64,000 nt of DNA from Botryllus schlosseri (GCA_051294905.1 CM119371.1:31684001-31748000); one strand, 5' to 3'. Positions 1 to 15,500 are shown, counted from the stretch's first letter. Program-made: numbers and translations. Notes: generated by a model from the letters alone, not told the origin.

Positions 1-449
1 TTCTAAATCATAATTTTCGAGATGAAGCTAACTATTGCTTTATCAGTGCACTACAGCGAACATGTTAGTACTAGATGGGAGATGATATAAATTAATCTAC
101 GCCCGTATTCACCTTCTCAAGCGCCAGTTAACCTGTATTACCCACAAACATACTATTTTTCATGGCATATGTAGGAAGAGGCGAAATTTCCGAAAATGGA
201 GCCAATTTCACAAAAGTATTGCTATTTTCGGAGTCAACGACCTTGATATACCCCTAAATCTATCTCACATATCATGATATTTGAGAGAAAAAATTCTGTT
301 GCCACGTGTTAGCTGTTAATATCTGCAATAAAGTGTCACTGTGAGAGATTGAGGGAACGCGGATCTGGATGAGCGGGCTTGTTCATAGGAGGGATACTGT
401 CCTTGACGACCCATGGTACACAGATTCATTTTGATCTCGTCCTTCTCAC

Positions 450-589
450 CTGCACATAGTGTGTCAAACTGAGGCACAAATTTCGGCGGCAAAACACAGA
501 TAAACGATCCCATATGTCCACGACAGAGAGTAGCATTGCGATCGTGCGATGAGTTATATCTCCTTAGGGGTGGCTCGTCGGATCCATCC
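450..589 (-). CDS. Gene B exon B7 (DGSDE + Cys loop)
   Basis: ag|G..G|gtgaga; DGSDEPPLRRYNSSHDRNATLCRGHMGSFICVLPPKFVPQFDTLCA. Confidence 0.88.
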
Positions 590-3500
590 CTTAATATTTT
601 ACCGTTAGAAACAGCACACGTAACTATATTTCAGATAATTGAAAGAATGCCTACTAAACATTAGGTATTGCGTATACGGTCTCAGGTTATGAGCTACTTT
701 ACTACAACCAGGGTTGCGAGCTCAAAAGTGGTGGAGGGCCCCATGTCCAGCTTAGTGGAATAGAAGTAATGTGTTGAATATAAGGTAAGCTATCAAGATA
801 AGCGGTGAGCGACTGGTTTCCTAATAAGGTAGCACAGTGGCCATATCACGAGCCTAAATATACGTCTTCGCAGTACATTATACCATAACAGAGCTACCTA
901 TATGCCGGATGCTATCATATGTTTTACTGAGATCTAGATGTGCATGATCATAAGACTGTGCATAACACCTAAAAATAACTGACAAGCGCGCATGCGGGCC
1001 GAAGAAGAGGTAAGTGAAGATCTACACGAACTTTGCAAACAAGTATTTCTGAGATCCCGATACTTTTGTGATCGGGCACTGTCGTTGCTAATCAACGTGT
1101 AGTCAAAGGCGGTATGGACAGGGCTCCAAGAAAAGTCACACGGGTCGCGCTTAGAGTTAATATGATAAACTTGATAGTAGTGATTTCACGTAAAGTAGTA
1201 CTGATTTCACGTAAAGTTGTAGTGATTTCACCTAAAAGTTGGTATTTGTCTATATGTTGAATTTGAATGTGTCGAATAACGAGGTGGGTGGTACGATTTC
1301 CTATTATGCATATTAATGCAGCAAAGTTACAGGGTTCCCACTCGATGATTGAGGGGATTTATTCGTAATCAAGTTGAATTTATTTCGCTCTGTTTGTTCC
1401 GTATGAATGATGACACACAAACTTTTGCTTCACATTTGTCAGTGGTACTTACATGCAATCTGGTTTTCCATTGCAGAATAACCGTCTTGAAATGCACTTC
1501 GAGCCATCAGAACACGAAAACTCCTGGCTTTTGCATGATGAGCCTTACAGAACGTATCAAGCTTATAGATCCCCTTACTCAACCACTAAACGATACTAGA
1601 GTGTAGTTAACAGTTCTCCGTAATCAAAGAATCTCGAGATTCCTCCTACTTGTAAAACAAATACACTGCGGATATTACGTATAGCCTAACTAACTTCTAA
1701 AGTGAGAAAATGATGCCTCAGTTCAATAATTCCAGTCTGTTTTTTCGTTTGTGTTATTCATGGTGTTTGTTGACTACTATAGTCATTTACACCTGACCGA
1801 TATTCTTTACTTCTACTCCGTAACTACCGACTTGTACCACGGCCTAATTCTAGGCTTTTTGTAAGACACCACTTACGCGGAGAGGGCGAGGAAGAGCCTA
1901 GATCAGGGGGGTCAAACATACGGTCCGGGGGCCGCATCCGGCCCGCCAGGCGATTTTATCCGGCCAGCGAAGCAATTCTGAGTAGATTGAAAAATGTTTG
2001 TATGTTTGTATTATCCAGCACGTTTCTAACAAAGGTTTGAATTTTCAGTAAGTATTACTTCTATTGAATAATACCTTACGACAGCAAATGTAGATTATAT
2101 ATATTCATATGCCACATTTTAACCATACGACAGCAGTGCATGTCGCTAACATTGAAACCCTATTCCGAGATAAGGACAAAAAGTGCATACAGAGTTCAGA
2201 GTTTTCTGAAAAAGGGAGCGAAAACTAGAGAACAGAAGCGAAAACACCAATGCGAAAGCGTTATATGTAGGAGATATTGTAAGAATTTCATAGAAACGTA
2301 ATTCAGATATCTGTGATCACACTGTTGCATCACTTCTAACTCAAATGGTCCCCGGCCTCGAGATAAATCCGTATCGCGATTTGATAATCATGGAGCGAAT
2401 TCCTGCGTCCGCGTTTACTGTTAAATCTCTTGCATTCCTCACAACGCAACGAGTTGGCCCCAGTATAGACTAAAACAAAGGGAGCATGAAATATGACATA
2501 TATATTGGGGTGGGCCACAGCCACTATTCCCTCTAAGCTGTGCGCGTGCGCGGAGGCGCACTGCTTTTAAAGTCGCCCCACACAGAAAAACGTCTGCCGT
2601 GCACAGTGATGACCTAGTTTTAGTCGTTGCGCACTTTTGTCCAAGGGACCGCGCAATGAGTTGCTGATTGCGCGCAGACTCGTGAAAAATTGGAGGTAAC
2701 ATTGGCCACAACGCTATTTGCAAAATTGTGTGTTTAGTGAAAGTTTACTTATATTTGTAATGTTATTTGCTCTAAACATATATTCATATCATCAAAAATG
2801 ATGCCACGGTTCAATAATTCCAGTCAGTGTCATTACACAACCTTTATCCGCTAATATAGGCTAATTGACGATACGTTCCAATAAGCAGAAGAGCGTTTGA
2901 TGACAAAAAATTATCGAAATTCTGTGCTAGAATCTTATCAGCAACAACTAATCTCACCGTCACATAATTTTTCATGTAGTGATGTCAGCCTCTTTGGTAA
3001 CATACAAACAAATTTTCCGACTTTTAAATTCCTTGATTTCCCGCGACAAGCAATATCGTGATGACTATACGATGCGTTGAATTGCCTCAATGGCGGCTCA
3101 TCCGATCCGTCCCTTAATACATTTAAGATATTACAGTTAGAACGACCATATTCATGAGGTTTGATGTGTCCTAACAGACCAGTGGTTTTCTGGAACCTTT
3201 CCGGGGGAGTTCTCTAGAATAAGCCCGGTGTGCACGCATCCACCAAAACATTTAGCGGTAAGATACATTTATGGAAGGCAACAACACTCTATTGTAGTGG
3301 TTCTCAACCTTCTTCAGACACGCCCCTCTTCATGATAGTGAAAAATTTCGCGCCCCGCTTATCGTCATATCACAAAATCAAACCGGGATGAACCGGGATG
3401 CTAGCAACCCCAACAGACTGTTTGATGGCATAGCAGATTATGACTGTTGATAAAAGAATTAAAATATGTGAAATGCAGTCTATATTGAGAGAAACACAAC

Positions 3501-6500
3501 TAAGGGGGGCACGCACCCAGGTTGAGTACCACTGATTGATTGCAGCAGGTATGGTCAAAGTGCTAGTCATTAAATCTCAACTAGTGGAAATTGCATGAAT
3601 TCTCATCACGTATACAAAAAAAAATCAGCTGAAATCCGTCAAGTAAAATTCGATAACGACATATCTGAAAAGTATTCAAGTTAATCGAATAAATCGTTCT
3701 AAAAGTGCGTTCACACGAGGCGGTCAAATACTATTCAAAACGGCACGTAAAAGACGAATATCCAAGACATTAAAGCTACATATTCGATGGTGATACCAAT
3801 AGGAGCAATATCTAAATTATACTATTTAGTTGTAAATACCCCCGGCTATTATGACGAGTTCATACATATGAGAAAAACCTCTTGAAAACTAGATTTCATT
3901 CGACAAATACAATGTTACCTAACCCCCGAATTGCATTTACTGATCACTACAATACTTACTCACCTGCAATCCCAATTTCCATTACAAAACAACCTAATTG
4001 CAATGCATCTTGAACCATCTTCACACGCAAACTCATTCACTTTGCACGACGAACCTACATTGAATTTGACACAAGTTGAAGTGTGATTGCAAATTCAAAT
4101 TAAAACATAGGGGTTTCCGCGATCGTTCTGAACACGCGCGTTAGCTATAAAAACCTTGGTAATTAGGAGCAGCCCGCGTTGGCAAAATATCCTTAGTAGG
4201 TTCCACTACATAGGCGTCTAAGAGAAATTTTATATTTTCACATGAATTTTAACGTTTTAGATCCTGAATTTCAATTTCCAATAACTGGATTGCAGTGGCA
4301 GTAAGATACGGAACGCAACATGACGCCACAGTTAACATTAATGGCCTGTAGCTATACCTTTCGCAAAAAAAATAGTTTGGAACATTACGCTATGTGAGAT
4401 GCAAATAACGACTTGCATCGCTTGTGCTATATGCTTTGGCTGCAAAACGGGTCGTAGCGTGACTATGAGCCGATATCCCTGAGAAGTAGCCTACTAGAGC
4501 GAATATTAGATTAAAACACACACGGCCTTTTGGTGTCAACATTTATGCATAGTCCTCATCTTCTACAGAGGTTTGCTGTATGCATACTCGTAAAACTTAC
4601 TGCATACTCCTAAAACGAATAATATTTTGAACCGCGTGCTATGGAGTTTACCGGACATTTCGTGACGTTTTCTGTTGCTATCGTAATTCAATTGTTGACC
4701 GGATCACCACATAAAAGTCGTAGATTCTTAAATGGGAATCAGTTTGATTGCGTTAAATCATATCAGGCTTTAGTACCGCTGCCAAGCCGTTTACCTTCCA
4801 TATGAAGTGATCTCGAAAATTGCCAAATGTATGAAGCGGATGCAATCTACCGGCGCTAAAGGATTCGCTATAGAAAGTGTCTGATTCGACGACATTCTGT
4901 GACTTCCCGCGAGATATGTTGCAATAAGCGGTAATAGACAATCAGAGATATTCAACAGCGCTCGAGAGGGAGAGAGTCGTTGATGCTTCGTCGGTGTCTG
5001 AAGACCATACTTGGAAGCAATCGAATGGAATCACATACCTGCACATATCTCTTCTTTGTATCGTACATGATGAGGTGACAGTACGCAGACCGAACTTACG
5101 CGAGCTGATCGTAATTTTCTACTTCGACCGAAGATTACGTCGTCGTCGTATCTCATTGTATTGTTCCTTAATGGCGGTTCGTCGGATCCATCCCTATCAG
5201 ACATATGAGAATGTTCTAATCTCAATCTTCCTAGTCAACAAAATCGAATCCGATCTCCCTACGTGTTATGCACATTCGATGTCAAAATGATGCTTCAAAA
5301 GATACAATGATCGCATTTCATCCGCAGATTCATTAACCCTTTCACTGCTGCACCTTACAACCGCTAGTAATCCTGTCGTCACTTGGAGCATTGTTGACGT
5401 CTGGCATATATATTATGCTCGGTGACCTGGACTCGGACTTGACTCAATGGTGAATTGAAAATGAATTGTTTTGACTCTATTCAAAACCATGAAAGTTGGA
5501 TTGACTGGTGAGTCGGAGCCTTTTGACTTGGTTACAGAGCTGATATATAACATACACGTGATCAGATTTCCTGCTGGAGCTCCTTGAAATTTAGGACACC
5601 CATTCCGTTTCGGCAACATTGCACCAAGTTTAACAAGTCTTTTTTAGATCGGGTAGCTGTTCACTAAAAATAAAGCAAGGCTAGCGATCTCTTTGACTTG
5701 AATCGATGACGTTGGAATATTTTGTCACTGTCTGAATATGATGATTTGAAAATATAAGATGAATACTTTCACCAGAGGCCTTGTGATAGATTCCGCATAA
5801 CATTTGCTCGCTGAGGATATATTTGACTGATAGGCCGTCGCTGGCCGACAAAAATCTCTTGTGAACTGCAGCACATCTGAACTAGTTCAATAAAAATAGA
5901 AGGGGGAATTTTTATGTGAAAAAGAGATTTCAAATAGCATTTGAACATACTTTCAGCAAAAAACAGCCGTAAGGAGCATGCGCTGGGATATACCTGGTTG
6001 ACTACATGACAGTTCGGACATGAACAATTTGGGAAATCCGTTACAATTCTAAAGTGGAATTCCTGCCTGCAAAATGCAAAATTCCACCTAAATTCCTCCC
6101 TGGTAGGGAACAACCGCACTATGACATCACAATTACTCCATGCTCAAGTGCTCACAAACCTGACAAAGACAGACGGTAGATAAGACGCCGTGTAGTCACA
6201 TGATAATTTATGATATTTGATTGGTTAATAACGTTACCAACAATCTGTCCGATGGAGAGAAGAACAATAGATGTTTCGAATTCGACACCAATCAGTTTTG
6301 TACATGCAAGGTGCCGCCTAATCACCATAGTGTTAAAACCAGGGCTTTGGAGCCGGAGCCTGGAGCCGGAGCCGTACATTTTCACCGGAGCTGGAGCCGG
6401 AGCCGGAGCTCTAAATAAAATTCAGCCGGAGCCGGAGCAGGAGCTCGTTGTTTGAGGAGTAGCTCCGGCTCCGACCTATTTCAGAAGATGCTATTATATA

Positions 6501-9500
6501 TGCAACAACCACATCTGCTGATTTATCATAATTCAACAGCAGGCCTGAATTTTAATGCTGTGCACAGCAATGGCATATAGTAAAGTGCCTTCTGCTGCAA
6601 CTATGATGTTGTCGACAATTGACAAGTATTCAATATGAAGTCACAAGCCGGCACAGCGGCACCTATATGTCTTCGTTGCTACATCGGATATTACTGACGG
6701 CTGAGAGACTTTAGATTACTATAGATAAGTAATCTATGGGTAGATTAGTAATCTATATAGACCAGGAATGGCCAACCTCTTCGGCTAAAGGGGCAAATGC
6801 AAGTGACGACTGAGTGCGCGGTCCACTACCCGCGCCAAGCGGGTAAGATATTCTAAGTTTATAAATAAACTAGGTGAGTATTGCGGGTCTATTGTATACC
6901 ACCTGCTAGGCTTAGTTTGCAAGGACACGTCTATTCGGCGTCTGGACACATCGATATCGAAGGTCTCCGATTATATGCGACAATCATTTTGTGCCTACAT
7001 TTCACTGTCGACGATTTTTATGCGGGCGCAAACGCGAAAAGACTTTCACCCGTAATTGCGAATACAGTTGGACTCAATCGGGTAAATTAGGCGTTTTTTC
7101 ATTTTCAGTAGGGGGTAGGCTACCAACCAAGAAATCGAGTGACAATTAAACACGCGAAGCGCTACTATTTTAGTTTATTTTAATTTACGACGATTTACTG
7201 AAAATGTGACTCGACCCTGGATCTGTCAATGCCTCGGAACTGATATTTTGGTCATCAATATCCCAAGTGTCGCATCCAGAATTGTAATTTTTGGTTGGCA
7301 TTGCAATTTCACAATCTGAGCAATTCATTTTCGCTAGTATAATAGGAAATTACCTCGCGGGCCACGCAAAACCCTCTCGCGGGCCACATTTGGCCCGCGG
7401 GTTGGCCACTCCTGATATAGACAGGGCCATTCGATAATTTAAGAGCCGGAACCGGAGCTGGAGCCGGAGCAGTGGTAATAATGCGGCTCCGGAGCTGGAG
7501 CCGGAGCTAATGTATGGTAGAAGAGAGCTCCGGAGCCGGAGCTGGAGCAGTTTAAATTTATGCCTGTTCCAAAGCCCTGGTTAAAACAGATGTGATCCTT
7601 TCTCTCCTTTACTATCTTCGCGTGGTTCGACATTAAATAGACACACTTTTGTTGACTAGGTTGTTTCAATTTGTTCTGTTTAGTGTACGCCTAAAATATA
7701 TATCACTCACAACAACCGTACATATGATTGTGTCTGTATCTTGACACCGTATTCATCCTTGTGTCACAAACTTTATCTTACCTTTGGTGTATAAATTGCG
7801 AGCTGTGAGCTTAAATTGATAAAGTTTCAGGTGATATACGTCCTACCTAATTAACCATGAATGACGATGGACTATCAGGTCTATCGATTCTTTCTGCAGA
7901 TAGAGACTACGTTCAAAAACTTTATTTCGGAGATATGATCGCTGTTTTTCTTTGACGAAGGCTCAAAAAGTTCAATTTTGAAGCGGCTATTGATCTTTTA
8001 TTGCCTAATACACTTGTTCTACATTTTTCCTGTTATTTTTGGCCTAACACTGAGACAGTGAGACTTCTTTCTCAAGCAATATAGAATTTCTGAAACGTAA
8101 CACATTATTTGCAATTACTTTATTAAAAATATTGCTTGAACATGAAACTATTTTAAAAATTTGCTGCAGTCTACTTGAGGTAGCATTTTCAACGAAAGCC
8201 ATGGGCGGCAGCATGTGATCCAACGCCACAGGGTAAATGTGCCGTGGTCACCGATTTATTCACTTTACCGAAGTCCTTGTCGCCACACCCTACCATATCG
8301 GTACCGTCATTGTGCCCGTAGGAACGGAGCCGCCAACTAGTAGAGTATGATGTGTGCTTTACCGAATCGGCGCTCCAACCACTGTGCTAAGTACGCCGGT
8401 TTCCCCAGCTACCATAACTCTACTTACCGGCAATCGATTTTTTCATCGCAAAACTTTTCGCGTTCAATGCATTGTGAGCCGTCCAGGCATGAAAATTCAC
8501 CATTTATACAATCTGAATCTGAATAACATCCAATGGTAAGGCCACACAGATTGTGTAAATTATGAAAATAAAAATTCCTATCCTATAAAGTATTGGTTCT
8601 AACAAGAGGCCGAGTGACCCATTGGGATACGAAACACCGATCAGTGGTACGACATGCATTGTGAAGAGTAGAGACTAGAGCCAAAAATTATTTTGCAAAG
8701 CACCATAAAGATATCGTTTCTAGGCAGACTTATTAAACTCGAAAATCACATCTACGCTTCACGCGATTTCATATCGATGCATTTATTTTCATATTATTAT
8801 CACTAACGGGCAAATGCAAACAAGATGAGCGCTATTTAAGCTTTTTGATTTGATTATGTATATCACCTTCTCAAAAATAGTGATATAGGGATGGTGTGAA
8901 CCTCTGAAAGGTTCAGGTTCGTGTGAACGTGAACCTTTTTGAAAGGTTCTGTGTGAACACGAACGTGAACCTCATGACGTCACGTGACGTCATATTGCTA
9001 ATTTAAACCCCATATTTCAATTAGGTGATTGCCTACTGTACGCGATACCGAGCGACGACTCGAGGCCACATAATAGCTCAGTACTCAAGTACATATTGAA
9101 GTTTGAAACGTTGACAAATGTATCAACTGGGGTAAATAAATGATATAATAATCCCATAAAGTCAGTATCTTGCGTCGCTTTGCCAACAATTTCGACCTGG
9201 TCGGACAATGTATTCGGCGTCTGAGTATTGCCACATGGATATTTAGCAGAGTGTAAAATGGGTTTCTATTCTTGCTACCGATTAACAAGTTATACAGCAG
9301 TATAGCCAACACCCCAGTCACACGGATTTGGTTTTTATGATACAGTATACATATGTAGTCAAGATTGACCCCGTACGGCTGCTAGATTTTTACAGCAGAA
9401 GACGATATCAATCTCATTGATTGGTTGAATAAGGATCATTTGTTGACAAAACACAATGTATTTCGCTCTTGATGTCATGCGATTGCGGGTCAAGCTCACA

Positions 9501-12500
9501 GCACAGAGACACTAAATATGCACAAACGGAAAGCTGGAGTATTCTAGCAAACTTTTGAAACAATACAAGTAAATTTTTGAGATTGTCAAGGGCATGCTCG
9601 TTTAGTGTTGAATGTTTATGTTGCCAGCTCCATGCATAGAGTGGCCCGCAGTTGAAAGTCAATAAAGTTGAACCAAATATGTTACAATGAAGTGAAAATT
9701 GCAATATATGAAAAAGGTTCACAGTGCAGAACCTACCAAGGTTCTGTTGTGAACGCGAACCTCAAATTTGCCGAGGTTCACACACAGAACACGAACGTGA
9801 ACCTCACGTTCACACCATCCCTAGTGATAATATCAAAAACGAAACATGCTCATAGCTTTCCGAAATGAGTCAAGCCGTCTTCGCAAGTATTAGGGATCGG
9901 TATGTTTCTGGGATCGCTTGGGGTCATTGGGGTGCATAAGTGCATTATTCCCCCAGCAGTCAAATTGCCGCTGCCTGATTGCCGCTCAGTAGAAATGCAA
10001 CGCGCAGCGATAAGTCTTGCGTTCGTGAATTAATAAAATTTTAAACTTCTACTCCAGTGTATGCTATTGTCGATAGTCGTTATGTAGCGTGAATCGTGAT
10101 CTGAAGATAAGACACCACAGATAGGCATGAGTATCTACTGGAAATACGTGTCTTGCATAATCATGCGACCTAGCAGAACGCATTGTCGGTGCGACTATAT
10201 CAGGGGTTTATCTGGGTTCGTCATGATGATCCATCAAGGTGTCGCAAAAGCTCAGAGACAGAGTAATCAACGCATCAGCGGCCAGAAGGTTGCGAAGACA
10301 ATGACACTGAATTGTAAAAATGTCGATGTTACAGTAAATTAAATATTGACGTCGAAAACAAAATATTCCGGGAACCGCTGCCTCGTGTACAACTACCTCT
10401 GCTTATGGTAGAAATTTCACAAAAATAAACATACTCTCACTTTTACACGGCATGATTTCGGCAGCTTCTGTGGAGACCATACACACGTTCACAGTGTCAG
10501 AATAGATCCACCCCCCACGACAAGAAGTCAAATTATTACTGTACACGTCGGAGTGGTAGCGCAGTATTTCATCCGAGCCATCACTAAACATAGGCAATCA
10601 TCGTTACAACAAAATACGGCGAAATAATCCTGTGTTGTATAATGTTTGATTGGTGATTACTAGGGTTGCATTTAAAACAAAAATCAATTTAAAACAAACA
10701 TGTTTAAAACAAGGCCCTTGTTTAAAACATGTTTTTTTATTGTTTTTGTTTGTATTTTTAAAACCCATGACGTCACGAATATTCAATTGTGACGTCATGG
10801 TGAAATAAAATTGCCAATTGAAAATATAGGGTAAATATGGCTCCTTTGACGACATACCTACGTACTATAGCTGTTGAGCCGACTATACTTTGAGGGTTGC
10901 AACCATCCCATACCGTATACGTCGGCTATATCGCGGGTGATACTTGTCCGTATAGGTTCATACAATGTGTTTTTTGAAAGTATTTAGACAATTGTTGCAC
11001 GATTTCACAACTTAAAAAAACACAATTTCTTTTTAAAGGCCTTTGTTTAAAACATTGTTTTAAATAACCATTTGTTTGAATGCAACCTTAGTGATTACAA
11101 TGAATTGTGAAATCCGTAAGTGACCTGATAATAACAACTTACTACCCACCAACAACAAATGCCCCTGTATGCAGGACTAGGCTGAACAGTTAGAGTTAAA
11201 ATGAACAAAATGAATCGCAACAACCGGAAGTGTTCAGGTTCGCTAACTAGTTTGATTGGGAGTAGGCCTACTGCCCTTGCTAAATTCAAAACCTACTGTC
11301 AGTTCTACATCGCATGGATACAGATCGTGTGGGCATTCGTCGTCTGAGTAGCTATGGGCAACACCGGAAAACAAAATGTTCTAAAATATTCGCTGCATCC
11401 TAATTATGGGCATCCTATGCGAAATATTGCAGTGTCCAAGCCTATTACAATCTTCAGGTTGAACGTCAATCACATTTTAATATGGGCGCGCGCTTATGGT
11501 TGCTTCGTGAATCACGTTTTTTTGTGTGTCGGTTTGTATATGGATACAGGCTGCCTTATTGGCTTCCCCATTTTATTCGATCATCGTTACGGATATTCGC
11601 TGAGCCGTACCTGTCTTTACTTGTCACTGGGATTTATTGTGGATAACCACTATCGAACAAAAACCTATACCACAATGGTCGGGAGTATGGACCAAAAGCA
11701 ATACTAGTTTACGGCAATACGTGCCGTAAGCCTCGTTTCCCTGCTAGCAATTAATCGTGAAACAGATTTCAGCGACATTAATTTTGATTGGAGCGCGATG
11801 TTGGACAGTTTGTTTTTGTGCATCTTAAAATTTGAATTAATTTCCTTCTCCATTTTAGCTTTGTGAACGTTGATTGAAAACTTCAATCCAGCTCGATTAT
11901 AATCAGCAAACATTTGCCGCGACGCAAGCTATAATCGTAACCCCTTTGTGTACGACGTAAAAGACGAATTACTGCTTGAAAAACGATTTCTCATTTACAA
12001 TATTCCATCACATGTTTTGTCTGCTCGATACATTCGTTTTCGCGAATTGTCACGCAATTTCACGTGTAGGTTGGGACGAACAGTCTTAGAGTATCAATAA
12101 ACGATCCAGAAAAAAAAAAAAATCGGTATGATCACTGATAATAATGGAAGTCCTACTTGCTACATTATCCATCGCAATACTGAGCCACAAATGGCCGAGA
12201 ACTGTTCGCACTCAGTCTCATCCACATGGCAAAAAAAGGAAGAATATACTGTGCAGAAGATATTTTAAGGCGATAACTGAATATATATATATATTTATAC
12301 TATACTGTATGTGACCCATTATTATTATTACCGCTACCATTACGCGAGGGAATAAATGAAAAAAAAAAGACAAATGAAACTATCGATACCTAGACAAATA
12401 ACTATGGATACCACGCCCAACAGTATAGTAAGGCCCATCACTCTACTTCAATTTAAAGAGGAGCGGTAAGGGATGCTCGAAATACTATTTTAAATCAAAG

Positions 12501-15500
12501 TGAACCTAATTACATGAAATAATTAAAAAACGAAACAAACGTATTCATTTCTTTCACCGTTCTCTAGCAAGGAGATTGATTTTTAATCATGGATACTTAC
12601 TCGCAATCTGCAATGCCGTTGCAAAACTTTTCGTATAGTACGCATTGAGAGCCATCCAAACATGAGAATTCACCTTCGCTGCAGGTTGATCCTGTCGGAT
12701 GCAATTGGTCGTTTATGAAGATAAAATGATCGACATTCAACTTTGTATATTTTAAAGTGGATAAATTACCGTCCAGTAAATTGAGCGATCAATTGCCGGC
12801 TTAATCGGAATCTGCTAAATTTCCTTTTTTTTTTTACCTTAATTTTATCACTTCGTGACAGACGACTAGACCATGTAGTTAATCGTATCGACACCCCTTA
12901 TCTCCTTGTATGATTGCATCCTGCTATGTCCATAATATGACTCCTAATGAATAGCGTATACTTGTGGCATAAAATGAAATAAGGTTGGAGCAGCGATGCA
13001 TTCACGATTAGACATTATTGCTATCCTAGCAGTTTCATCATAGATCTCAATTTCCACATGTTCTGCGTTACAGCTCATTGTAAATAAAAATATTTTAATC
13101 TGATGAAGATAATATGATAATTCGAAATATCGCAAGATATTCGCTTCACTAACAACAATGCCACGCCGCAGCATATCCTCGAGAATAATCTCATCAATTC
13201 TGATAAGATTGCAAACTGCATAGCCACTGTAGGCTCCAACGGCACCTTCGAAGAATCGAATGCCACGACACGGGTTTATGCGATACGCGCGATATCGACG
13301 ACACGGTCGAGCACTTTTTAATTGATTGCAAACGCTATTCGACTCATCGCGATCACTTGAAGACGACAGCGGCGAATCGGCCCTGTCGATATAAAGCTGT
13401 ATCAGCTATATCAGCAGTATCAGCTGTATCAGCTGTATCACCCTGTGGATATGAAGCTGTATCAGTTGTACCAGACTGCGGATATAACGCTTTATCAGCT
13501 GTATCACAGCCCTATCAGCTGTATCACTCTACCTGTATGGAATCGGTGTCTTGTGTTCAAAAAATTCTCGATTTTTTATTATTATTGTTTTAATACTTTG
13601 AGAATCATCGCTGCTCCCATGTTATATAAGACAAACCGTGCCGAGATTCACCCGGGTATCACTCTGCAATAAGTATCACGTCTATACTATGTCTGAGATG
13701 CGCGAAATAGTCTAGTATAGGCTATCACTCAAGTATCAACCATGTCACTCAGGTATGAACTGTATCACTCAATTATCAGCTTTATCATCCAGGTTTCTCT
13801 CTGCATAAAAAGTATCACACCAAGACTACGTCTGGGATGCAATATAGCCAGGTATCGGAACACAATGGTATCGTCCCCTACAGTGATTATGCAAACACGC
13901 AATGTCAGACGTAAACCAGATCATCATCATCATTGGTTTATTAGCATTATCAGGACGCATTATAGCCAGGGCCGTAACAGGACTTCGTCAGCCCTCCCCC
14001 CAAAAAAAACGTTGGTCTCGGGCCCCCTACAGCGTGATAAACCGACCCCCCTCAGGCTATATACGCTGTTTATCGCTACATATCATCTACATTGGGTGTC
14101 CATTTAGTGACTCAGCTCTTCTCGCCTAAACGCGCAAAGCAAGAGAAATTTCTATATTTCATAATCGAGTCGGTCAATATATGATCAAGAATTGCATATA
14201 GATTGCTATCAATTTTTTTCCTCTCTCTGCTCATGCTACCGACCGGTAGAGCTGAATGAGGTGTGTTTGAAAAGGTAGGACCCCTCGAACAATAATCAGG
14301 AACGAAACAGCACTTCGTCAAGCTCCGCAAAAAACCTTGAGTCTTGGCCTCCTATAGGGTGATAAACCGTCCCCCATCACGTTGTTTGCTTTTGCCATGA
14401 AATTATTGTTGTACTGTTTAGTGAGCCAGCGTGAAGCGCGAAAATTGTTGATAATTCATGCTACAGCTGATATATGAGTGAGACAGCTGCGATACAACTG
14501 ATACAGCTGTGATACAGCTTTATATCCACATGGTGGTACAGCTGATACAGCTTTATATCCACAGTCTGATACAGCTTTATATCCACAGGGTGATACAGCT
14601 GATACAGCTGATACTGCTGATACAGCTTTATATCCACAGGGTGATACAGCTGATACAGCTTTATATCCACAGGGCCCGGCAAATCTAGGCATACCGTTTC
14701 AATTCAAACCTGTTATCAGATCTACGAAATTTACTACCAGTAGCTGAATTCGTTAACCTAACCGGCAGACAGTTGTAACGCTAATGAATTTCTCAGACTC
14801 TTTGGACCAGGTGCAAAAGGCCATAGTAGCCGATCACCATATATTACAATACTAACAAGTAACAAAAACCAACCCTGCTAATGGCAAATCCAGTGACCTG
14901 TTTAGCTACATCAGTATACGTTTGGACTCGACCTTTGCGCTACCGCCCCTGGCAGCGATCTTTTTTTCGGAATATGACGGAATTACCCAAAAGAAAAATG
15001 GCATAGCCAGTGTTTGGATCATGTTCATACCTTCGAGTCATCGCGCATTTTGACTCGACTCAAGTCAATTCAAGTCATTCGATTTTTTGAGAATATATTA
15101 TCCGATCTGGCCTCGGCCGTAAAGCTTATATTCTGTTGCAAGTCCTCGACGAAATTGTTGGCAAAGCGACGGACGATATTGATTTTATGGGAATAATATA
15201 GCATTTGATTGCTTTCGTTCAGGAATCGACAAAACCCAGCACGCTTGCCATTTGTGGCACGCGAGATGATTTGACGAACACAACCTATTATGACCATGTT
15301 TGTTGCAAAATATGTCACATGTGTTGTCAAAATGGAAAAAAGCTAAAATTATTTGATAAATCAACATAATATAGAGTTTTAGTTATCCTCGACATATTAT
15401 TTCTAGCTCCTCGCGATTTACCGAGATCTGACTTCTTGATTTTGGGAGACCCACAAAAATATAGTCACGGCAACCTAATATCGTATGAAACCGTTTGGAG

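Noticed and set aside
13357..14692. Low-complexity ORFs (AVSAVS…, KLYQLY…) and EPEP/GAGA ORFs near 6210-7669
   Set aside because: They are translations of transposon subterminal tandem repeats.
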